Source of the DNA: Bacteroidales bacterium
GTDB lineage: Bacteria; Bacteroidota; Bacteroidia; Bacteroidales; WCHB1-69
Length of the DNA stretch: 64,000 nucleotides
Assembly: GCA_028693085.1 (NCBI GenBank)
Contig: JAQUWC010000001.1
Span: forward strand, 18,951-82,950
Direction of reading: 5' to 3'
Shown: positions 18,686 through 30,600 of the stretch, piece after piece
How positions within the stretch are numbered: the first letter of the stretch is position 1
Layout: each line of letters begins with the position of its first letter
Position numbers and translations under genes: made by a program
Notes under the pieces: generated by a model
The model's input: only the letters and a program-made list of their open reading frames with translations
Told to the model about the DNA's origin: nothing
Database searches by the model: none

Positions 18686-21600
18686 CTATCGCTGTACGTT
18701 CATTTTTCTGACAATGGTTTTGCCTTTGTATGTCAGGCTGTAATAATAAATGCCATTGGATAAATGATTCGTAGGAAGATAGAATTCGTTCTTTCCGGCT
18801 TCTGCCTGCTGCACTTCCTGATACAACACTTGGCCTTTGACGCTGCTTAGTATACAACGAATTTCTCCATCCTGTGGCACATAATAAGGGATGACGGTTG
18901 AAGTCAGGGCAGGATTGGGTTGGTTTTGTTCTACATACCATTGATTTTCCGTATATGTATTGATGCCAAAGCCCGGATTATAAACTACGCAAGCCTCTAT
19001 GCGGAGGGTGTCGTTGAGTGGATCTATATCCTTTTCAACGGCATTGATAAAGGCTGTTACACGATAGGTTTCGTTGCTGTCTTCAATATTCGGCACTTTA
19101 TAAGGAGTGGAAAATGCAAAGGTTTCCGCCGATTTGGCATAGACCGTGACGGTACGACCCAATTCTTTTACTCTTACATTACCGCTATCAATATGAACGA
19201 TTAATCGAACCCCAACGACGTCGCTATCACCATGATTGGTTAATTCAACGGCGGTATAGACAAAGTGAAAACCGGTATCGCAATCTTCTTCGGTTGGTTT
19301 TTCAATCTTGGTAACAGCAATATCATTGACAATGATGCGAGCGTTGATAAACTTCATATTATTGGCTGCAACCACATCGCAAGCAAGTTCAGATTGTATG
19401 GATAATTGATAATAGGGTTGGATGAGATTCGCTTCGGGTACGATAAATCCCTTCTTAAAGGTGTAATATATAGAATCGCCGGGAAGCAAAGAGGCATTCA
19501 ATGTTTCGGTTATGTCATTTGCATTGTTGATTTTCAAGCGTAATGGCACTTGTGTTACCTTTGGGCTTCCGGCATTTTTCACCCAAGCACTTGCATATAC
19601 CGTATCGCCGGTCGATTTCGGGCTGATGTCGCGAATGTAGGTAATGGCGATGTCAGGATTGATTTCAATCGTTTTTCGCAACGTGTCATTCAAGGAATTG
19701 CTATCAACGCTGTTGATAAACGTGAGGAGTCTATAGCTTCCATGGATATTAAAGTCATAATTGTTGACTATCACCAGGGTATCGCTTTGTCCTCCTAGTA
19801 ATACCTTAGTATTTAATATATAGGTTGTATCAAAGGAAGGTCCGGTAGGATGTGTCAGATTTACGTTCAAATGAGTGTTGTTATGACTAAAATCGAAAGT
19901 TTGGGAGGTGTTGTTGCTTATGATGAGCTTCAATGATTTATTCATAAAATCACAATCTTGCAAATCGGGCACCAGAATTTCGCTGATTTTAATATCGGGA
20001 GCTGCCGCTACACGAATGCGGTCGATGTTTTGATTATTACCTCCGTAACTCTGTGCTTCAAAAGCAAAAACAACACAGGATTGATTGGAATAAGCCGACA
20101 AATCCACTCGGTAGTATTTCCATGTGGGGGTTTTAAAGTTGGAATCATAGCGAAATACATTAATCAAAGAGGTATAAGTAATTCCTCCGTCGGTAGAGAC
20201 ATACACATTGATTTGGTCGCGTGCATCGGGAGCACTGTTGTCATGCGCATACCAAAACTCAAGGGTGGGACTATAGGTGCCTTGTAAATCGAGAGGTTGT
20301 GTAATAGCCTGTGCCATCGATCCTTTCCCGGATGCCGAAGCAAATCGTAATCGACCACTGCCAAATACAGGTGAAATAGGGGGAGAGCTTTCATTGCCTG
20401 CCATCACTTCCCAATTCAAACTACCGGTAAGATTATGGAAAGTCATTTCTGTGGGAGATGTGCTGAAATCAATATCCAAGGGGAGATAGGCTTTGTTTAC
20501 ATGATAGGTATATTGCAGACTATCGTCGGAATGTATGGTGTCGACGGAACAACTTAAATAAGCACGGATGTGATAATCGCCGTTTATGTGGACGGGTATC
20601 ATACGTGCAATCTCAAAAGTATCTTGTTGCATTTCAGCCAATGTCCCGGCTGATATGATGGTATCATGTTGATAAAGTATGTTTCCACTTATTTCTACAT
20701 GTAGATGTAAAGGGGTTAAAGCAAAGTTAAATGGGAAGATACCGTTGTTTGACAAGGCGATTTTTACGGAGGTATAGTCGGGATAACATCCTCCTATTGC
20801 ATTGACAGGTTCCACGAGATAGGCTGCACTTAAATCATAATCTTCATAGAGTGCTACCGAATAAGCTCCTATCACCGTTAAGGATGTTCGAGCTTTCTTG
20901 TCCATATCAGTAAGGACCAAAGTATCTCTCGGACACATCAAGCCTATGTAGTCGGTCAATCGCAAGTCTTTGGACACATCGACAAACTTAGGCAAAAGGC
21001 TTACCGAATGCGCATCTTGCTGGGTGGTAGTTCGCCAAACGGATAGATTCGCCACATTGCCGTTAGCATAGCCAATATAAGCTGCATAGTAATTGTTGTA
21101 ATCCATAAACAAGGAGGTGCCCACATAATTAGTATTGCTGAGATACAAAGCATATCCGCTGGTAGATGTAGTTACTAAATTATTATTTTTAACTTTTACC
21201 ATATAGTCTTCGATAGGATTGAGGTAAATCAGTCTATTGGCTCCGCTGCCATCCATCCATACGGAATTATGCATGATGTTTACGCGGCTATTGCTAACAT
21301 AAATAGCCGATGAGGTGGAGTTTGCATTAAGGATAATATCGTTGTTTGCTATTAAGCCTGAGGTATGGGTGTTATTGTAATTTACATAATTCAAGTAAAT
21401 GCCGTAGGGATAATTGATAGAAGGATTGAAACTACGAATTTTATTTCCGCTTAAGGATTCCACATTGCAATAAACACTATATAATCCGTAGAAATAATTG
21501 TACGTATTGCTTAAACGGGAGCTTACAATATTATCGGAAAGACTGATAAAGTCGGTATAATAAAAATAACCTCCATAGTAATAGGCATTCGACAACATGT

Positions 21601-24600
21601 TTCCATTAATGATTATGTTGGTTCCGTAATCACTTGTACCATCACCACCATAAAAATAAATATTGTAATAACCCCCATCAATGCGATTATGTAAAATACG
21701 AATGTTATTGACAATGCCCGTACTCGATTTATATATTCCGGCATAGGTAGTAGAACTTGCCGTAGGATTAGCCTTAATCACACATTGGTTGATTTCGATG
21801 TTTTCGCAAGCATTTCCCAATTGAATAGCCCGAGTTCCGGAACTTGCATCCAAAGTAATATGTGTAAAGACTAAATCGCTAGTATTAGCAAGGTTTAAAA
21901 CTACCCCCGATGATTGGAAAACTACGTCGGAAGCGATGCCTGTTGAAGAAGTAATAGTGACTGTATGGCTCTGATTACATCCTATAAAAGATTGATTAAT
22001 AGAAAATCCGTTATACGTTCCCGGCAGCATTTGTAGAACAACCGGCCCTGAAACGCCACAGCTTGTGAGCACTTGGAAAGCATCGTTCAGTGTTTGGAAA
22101 TCGGCACTCGACGATCCCACGAGATAGGTTCCGTTTAATACTTGGTTGCAACCTAATGATGTTGTTTCGATGGTATCATTGGCCTGGTTATCATCCATAG
22201 CTTGGCCGTTGGGTAATTCTATCCATGCTTTGATGTTCGCATTTACATTGTTGATGGGGATATAGTTTCCAATTACGATGACGGTATCTTGATATTGAGC
22301 CAATGCTAATCCACTAATGTTAACGGCGGTCATGGTATTGTTATTAACTTTCCATTGAATACGTAAAGACTGTAAGATAGTCGTACCGGAATTACTTATG
22401 TTTATGCTTACTGGAGTAGGTGTGCCGGCAATGGCGCTTTGAGGCGGCGATACAAACGTTTCCAATCCTGCATCAAAATTAAAGCTAGGTACATAACAGC
22501 CCATATAAGTGTTTTGTCCGCGCGTTATTCCTTTAATATCACGTAATATCAATGGATTTCGAGGACAAATCAAGCCTACCCATGATAGGGGTTCTGCGCT
22601 GATTTCGGTTTGAGCAAAACCTGGATTCACCGTATTTGAATGCATGTTTAAGGAGGGGTAGGCGTTTTGCCACTCGTGTAAACCGGAATAAGACGTTCCC
22701 CAATAAACAAAATCAGTTCCAGAAGTATAATAATTATTGTAATCGACAGTGCCTGCATACGAAGATGTTGGAACATACAATAGATAAGAGGCATTTCCTA
22801 AATTAACAAATAAATTATTGATTATATTGATGCCATTGCTAACGGTCGAATACTTATACATCATATACGATATAGAAGCATTGGATGTGGCAAGCAAGGT
22901 GTTATTTATGTTTTGCCATTTACCCCCATAGGATTGATAAACCATATATGTTCCATTCCCTTTCTGAATAAACTCATTATTTGCCAATAGAATATCAGCT
23001 ACTGTCGTTCCGTGATTGCTGAAACAATAATTCAAATAGGCTAAGGTGGTAAAGTTGCCGACGATAGTATTATTTATAATACGTGTAATATCAGACATTA
23101 CTCCATTGGAATAATTTATATACAATCCATAGCCCCCTTGAGAGGGATTTTTATAGAGTTTATTATTTGAAATGGTATTTACATTGGAATAAGCAATATA
23201 AATACCGTAATAATGGAATTGATTAAGAATATTATGGGTAATACTGATATCGTAGGAGCTATAATTATTCGATGCAGATTGTATCCAAATACCTCCACTA
23301 CCGTGGAAATAATTATATGTAATCACCAGGGAAGTATCCAATGAATTATTGGAATAAATGGCCATTAAGGCTTCCGAAGCACTCGTATCGGTGGAAGTCT
23401 GGATACAATTATGTGTAATAAGAATATTTTTATTGCTATTTTTCAATTCTATGGCATTTGAATTTTGTCCCGATAAGATAGCATTGACAGTTAAATTTCT
23501 CAGGATAATATTGTTTGTATTAGAAAGTGAGATAGCTGCTTTTTCGGAAGGACTTTGAATGATTACGGAAGAAGAATCGCCATTAGCCGATGTAAGGGTT
23601 AATGTATGTGTGCTGTTTGTCCCCGGTATGGAAGGGATGTACACGTTTTCGACGTATGTTCCGGCGTTAATATAAAGCGTTGTAGGAGATGATATTCCAC
23701 AATATGACAATGCTTTTATTGCTTCCGATATGCTGGTATAATCAGCTCCGCTCCCTCCAACATAATAGTGACCCGATAAAGTAGAATCACATCCATAGAC
23801 TTCAACCCGCAAGGTGTCATTGCTTAAATCGTTATCTGTTTGACCATTTGGCAATTCTGTATATATCATAAGGGTATTGCTTCCCGATAAAGCTACAAAA
23901 TTGCCTAAATAAATGGGTGCACTGACTTCCATTACATTCAGATTACCGGTCCATGGCAAACTTTGAATCAAGACACCGTTGATTTTTAAATGGATACTCA
24001 TAGCGTTTATCACATTGGAACCCATATTTGCAACGCGTACAAAGACTGAATCACTCATTCCGGCACTCACTTGATTCATAGGTGATACTAAGGTGTGTGG
24101 CATGACATTGTAAGGAAGTATGATAAAATCGTTATACGCTCCTACACTTGTGATAATTCCTCTGGTATTTCCGTTAATATCACTCAATACATCTTTAATT
24201 TGGTTACACGTTAACCCCATTCCATCGGTTTTTAGACTGTTGGGAAAATCAACAAATCCCGGATTGATATTTGTTGAATGCACATCTTGTCCGCTGGTCA
24301 TTTTCCACAAAGCTAAATTCGAAATTCCGGAAGTAATGAATCCGATGTAAGAACCATAGTAATTATTATAATTTAAGGTTAATCCGTTAAAAGAGGGTAA
24401 ATACATGGGATATACCAAGTTTGAATAAGTCCCTATGTTGTTTTGTCGAATGGCAATGGGGTAATTAATGTTGGTATTTGCATATAAACCTTTAGCTGCT
24501 GCAGAGGCCGTTAGATGTATGGAATTATGGTATATATTTACTTTACTGTAGTTTACATACATTCCGTAGGCATCGCTTGATTTGGCTTGGAGATTAATTT

Positions 24601-27600
24601 CATTATTGCTTATTAAGCCCGTCGATACAGCATTATAATAATTTACATAATTCACATACATACCGTAAATCTCATTGAAGGGCTCATGACTATAAATTTT
24701 GTTGGCATGTATGGCAGATACATTCGAATAACATATGCTTAACCCGTAGTATAAGGACGAAGTGTTTGTTTTACGTGTATGTATACTGTTATTAGAAATG
24801 CTATTAAAATTGCTGTAATACAAATAAGCACCGCGCTCATACGCATTGGATAATACATTATCATTTATAATTATGTTATTAGCAAATTCAGACGTATTAA
24901 GACCTCCTTCAAAATAAATATTATAGCAAGCGCCATCTATGTTGTTATGTAATATACGGATATTATGTACTACACCGGAAGAAGCCTCCTTATAAATTCC
25001 GGCATAACGTGTCGAAGTTGTATCACATTTGATATGACAGTGATTGATTTCGATGTTTTCGCAAGCATCCTTAAATAGAATGGCATAAGAGCCTTGTGTC
25101 AAGTCAAAACTAAGATGATGTAGAACAATATTATTGACGTTCCCAAACAAAACGGCCGTATCAAAAGAAACTATGGTAACACTATCGGCATTTCCGGACA
25201 GTGAAGCAAAGGTCAAAGTGTCGTTTGCTGTCATGCCCGGTATGTGATGTGTGAAATCAAGGTTTTCGGTATATATCCCATTTTGGAGGAGAAAACTAAC
25301 ATTGCCGGCAATGCCGCAAGTATTTAACTCAAGAAATACCTGTGCAAGGTCGACAAAATCAGCACCTACACCTCCCACCGTATAGGTTCCGTATAATATC
25401 CTATTACAGCCTAAAGATTGAGTGCTAATGGTATCGTTAAAGGTGTTTTGATCGGTTTTCCCATTAGGATTATCGACCCATGCCGTCAAATGAGTTATGT
25501 TTCCAAGGCTTGGCAAATAACTTCCTATCAATATATTGGTATCTTTATATTGAGGCAAATTCAATCCGGTTAAGTTTAAGGGTGTCCCCAACACACTGTC
25601 GATTTTCCAATGGATGTTTATACTATGTAAGGTATCATATCCCCAATTTGTTAAGCTTACGGTTACATTTGTTTGAGTAACGGTAGCATTCCCTTGTGGG
25701 CTAACAAACGCTTTTAATCCGGCATCTAAATCATAAATAGGCACATAGCATCCCATATGGGTAGACAAACTACGGTCGATTCCTCGAATATCATTCGTTG
25801 CCAAATAGTGAGACGGGCATTCTAATCCATTCCATATGGATGGAATGGCATTCAAAGTAGAATCTTTACATTTAGGATGAAGAGTTACGGAATGTATGTT
25901 AAGGGTTGGATAAGCACTTTGCCATAACAACAAATCATTGTAGGCAGTACCTCCCCAATAGGCTACTGCATTGGCATTTCCTTTCCAATAATTATTATAA
26001 TCAACACTTCCTATATAAGTAGATGTAGCAGTATTGCAATATACAAGATAGGAACAAGAACCTAAATTTGCAATGATATTATTTATAAGATTAACGCTTT
26101 CCGTTGAACTTGTGTTTCTATAAATCATATAGCTTGTGGTTCCGGTATTTATCAGGCTGTTATTTATGTTTTGCCATTTTCCTCCGTAATTTTGGTAAAT
26201 CAAATAATTACACCCTGTTCCTGTTTGGATTAATTCATTGTTTGCAAATAAAATATCCGAAGAAGCTAAACCGCCATGGCTGTAACAATAGTTCATATAA
26301 GCTACATAAGCATATTCGCCAATGAATGTATTGGATGTTATTTTCGTTATGTCGTCCATAACACCATTACAATAATACATGTAAATACCGTAGCCTTGAT
26401 TGGATGCATTGCTTTTGTAAAGAGTATTGTGATGTACTTTGTTTATCCCCGAATAATACATATAAATACCATAATAATAAAAATTCTCTATGATATTATT
26501 TTCAATGGTGATATTGTAGGAAGCTGATGAAGCTTGATTGGCCGATTCTATCCAGATACCCCCGGTTCCAAATAAATGATTATTTCGTATAATAATATTT
26601 GTGTCTTGTGAATTATCTGAAATAATTGCCATGATAGCAGGTGAAGCATAAATGGACGGACAGGTATGCATGTAATTGTTTGTAATCAGGATATCTTTAT
26701 TTTTGTTTTTAAATTCGACACAACGAGAGGCACTTCCCGATAATATCCCTTCCAAGGTAAGATGACTGATGGTGATATGTTTTGTGTTATCCAAAATAAT
26801 CACACCGCTGGCTGAAGTAGCTTGAATGATTACTGAAGAAGAATCACGGTTGGTTGATGTGATGGTAATGGTATTTACGGCACTGGCTCCCGGAATATTG
26901 GGAATGATTAAATTACCACGATAGGTTCCTGCATTTACAGAAATCGTAGTAGGACCATAAACTCCACAATACGAAAGAGCTTCTATGGCTTCGTTCAAGC
27001 TATTAAAATCATTCCCATATAGACCAACCGTATAGGTTCCGCTATAACCGGAACCGCAACCAAAGGTATTAAACACCAATGTATCGTTCGTTGGGAGATT
27101 GTCGGCTTGTCCATTGGGCAAAGAAGTATAGACAATGATTGAATTATTTTCCGCTTGAGGATTGAAATAACCTAAGGTAATAGGCGAAGTTGTTGTATTG
27201 GGTAATAAAATTCCTGTCCAATGATAGGGAGTTTGTAAAGTTCCATTTACTTCCCAATGTATTTGTAGGTTAGTAATCGTATCTGTACCTACGTTTAAAA
27301 CAGTAATGCTTACGGCTGTTGAGGTGCCAATTTGTGAGACTTTAGTAGGCGATAAAAGCGTCCGCGGCATGATATCCAGTGGATATGGATCGCCATGATA
27401 AGCTCCCACCGTGGTATTGGGAGTGCGGATATTATTGTCGATATCCGTTAAAACATCCGGCAGACGAGGACAGTCCAATCCACTATAATCAACAATGTTT
27501 AAGGTTTGAGGATTAAAAAATGTAGGATTAATGCTTTTGGAATTACCATCCTGTCCGACGGCAGTTTTCCATAAGGTCAGGTTGGTGATGTTGTTGCCGG

Positions 27601-30600
27601 CGTAGGCTAAATAAGAGCCAATGGTAAAATAATTGTTATAATCCATCATAAAACCGGAGGTGTATGTCAATGAAGGAAAGTACATCACATGATTGTAGAT
27701 GGAATAAACATCGTTTGATAAATTAATAAAATTATTGTTTTTTAGCACATTATTATTAAGAGAGCTGGACACATAAAAGCATTTTCCTTCGCCGTTTCCA
27801 CTTATAAGCATGGAGTTATGTAAAAATTTAATATAATTACTTCCTGTGGACACATACATACCGTAATTGCTTCCACTTACTTTTGCTATGATTTCATTGT
27901 TGTAAACGTACAGATAATTGGAATCCTTATTGCTGGCATAATAAAAATACATACCATAATAGGTTTGATATATATAAAGTTTATTGTTTCTCAAAAAATT
28001 ACCGTTTGAACGATTCAAATACATGCCATAAAAGTCAACTAAAGTAAGATTTGCATTATAGCGTTGTTCAATATAGTTGTTCGAAACTTCATTGAAGTTG
28101 ACATAATTCAAATACATGCCGTAAAAATCAACGTTGATGATATCATTATTTTTAATCGACACATTTTCACCTCCTCCCATCAGATAAATTCCTGCCGAAC
28201 CACCGTGAATAATGCTGTTGAGAATACGAATATTATTCACCGGATTAGCGGAGGGACTAAAAACAACAGAAAGTTGATTTGGAATGTTTGTAGCCGAAAC
28301 GAAAGTAGGGATTAACAGTATACAATTGTTAAACTCAATATTTTCAGCCCCATTTCTCAACACCACAGCCTTGGAATAATACATCGGACTTCGATGTTGA
28401 CCGTAAACAGCAATATTTTTAAACAACAAATGTTTCACGTTTTTCAGATCAATGGTGCCAATGTCTTGTGCCGAATCAAGAGCTGTATAGATAATCACAT
28501 CTTCTTTAATGCCTGTAGTAGAGGTAAAGCTTATGGTATTTGTAGCATTACACCCGCGAATGGTATCATCTAAAATGATATTTTCGACATATAAACCGGG
28601 GAAGATAGCGAATGTGACCGGGCCAGATATACCACAGGATTTTATTCTATGCAAAGCATCGGCGATAGTTGCAAAATTACCGGAAGTTCCTATGGTATAA
28701 GTTCCTGACATCAACGAATCACAACCATAAGTTTCTGTCTTTATCGTATCGTTTGTTGGATCTTGATCAGCTTGATTATTGGGAAATGACGTATAGACAA
28801 TGATTTGATTATCGCCTGGCGAAGCCATGAAATTCCCCAACTTAATGGGTTGAGTCGTATCGCCTGGTGACAAAGAACCCGACCATGCATATTGTGTCAT
28901 AAGTACACCATTTACTTTCCAATTAATCTTCATAGATGTAACGGTATTAGATCCAATATTTAATACAGAAACAACTACCGAATCGTTTCCGCTAACGGTA
29001 CTTAAATCGGAAGGAGAGTATATATGATAGGGCATTACATTGTTGACTTTGAGAATAAAATCGTGGTATGCTCCCATGGTTGTCATAAGTCCACGTGCTA
29101 TCCCATTCATATCCGTAGGAACATGCGGGTGACTTTGACAAATGATACTACCACCCGATGTTTTCAAATTGACGGAAGTATCGACGAAATTAGGATAAAC
29201 ACTAACAGAATTAGCATCTTGTCCGGTCGTACTCCTCCAACTACTCATGCTTGTAATAGTGGATGTAGCATAACCTATATAGCCTAAATGACTATAATAA
29301 TTATTATAATCAAAAAACCATGTGTTTCCTAAAGAGTTTAAATTAGTAAAATATATCGGAACAGCTGTAACCAAATTATTGTTTCTGACTTGTAAATCTG
29401 TGGAGCTCGATATATATATTCCAATATTAGTAGCGTTCGAAAGCTCTAATGCCAATATAGAATTATGTACCACCTCCATACGTGAAGAAATAATATATAA
29501 AGCATAAGAGGAAGTCGATGATTTTATTCTTATTTCATTATTTGAAAGGACGACAGGGGCAGCCGTGCTTGAGTTATTACAATACCCTATATACATACCA
29601 TAAACATTGCTAATAGGAGCAGGAACATAGATTTTATTTCTACTGATAGAAGGGGCATCACAATAATACATTCTCAATCCGTAGAAATTAGAATAGGTGT
29701 TGGTTGTTCGTGAACGTATTATATTGTCAGACAACTGATCAAAATCGGCATAATAAAAATAGGTAGCGTAATAATAGGCATTGCTTAATGCATTACCGGA
29801 AAAAATAATGTGCGATCCCCTTACTGTCGAACTGGTGCCGCCATACAAATATATGTTATAATATCCTCCATCTAATATGTTGTTAATAATGCGAATGTTA
29901 TGATGAACACCTCTACCGGAAGCTTTATAGATACAAGCATGGGTTGATGAGTTCGTAGTAGGATTTGTTTTAATGACACATGAATTGATTTCAATATTTT
30001 CGCAAGGGCCTGTAAATTCTATACCTTTTGATCCGGTTGTTACATCAATACTCAGGTTTTTAAAAACAATATTATTCACATTGCCAAGTTGCACAGCAAC
30101 ATCTGATGATTGGATAATCACACTGTCGGCATTTCCTGAGGCAGACATAAATGTAAGGGTATCAAAAGCTCCCATTCCTTCAATAGCAGCATTTATATGT
30201 ATGTTATCCGTATAGGTTCCGTTATAAATTTTAAAGATGGTATTGCCTGACATTCCACACACATTCAATTCATTTAATGCAGCTGATATCGAATTAAAAT
30301 TATTACTTCCGGCAGGCCCTCCAATCGTATACTCTCCATTGAAAATGGTATTGCATCCATAAGTAATATATGAGAGCGTATCGTCTGTTTCCAACGAATC
30401 TGTCACAGCATTGGGGTTTTTCACCCAAACAAGGAGAGTATCATATCCAAGGTTTGGGGTATAATTTCCTATATAAATGGGATTTGATGCAAAATCAACA
30501 GGTAAATTACCTCCCGACCAATGATAACTGGGCTGTACTACACCGTTTACACTCCAATATATATCTGTACAATTTAAAGGATTTAATCCTGTATTTTTTA

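Noticed and set aside
18579-18941. 120-aa minus-strand ORF overlapping the 3' end of the giant gene
   Set aside because: It is out of frame with the well-supported T9SS CTD of the giant protein, its product is Arg/Ser/Pro-rich and not protein-like, and it extends into unconserved intergenic DNA.
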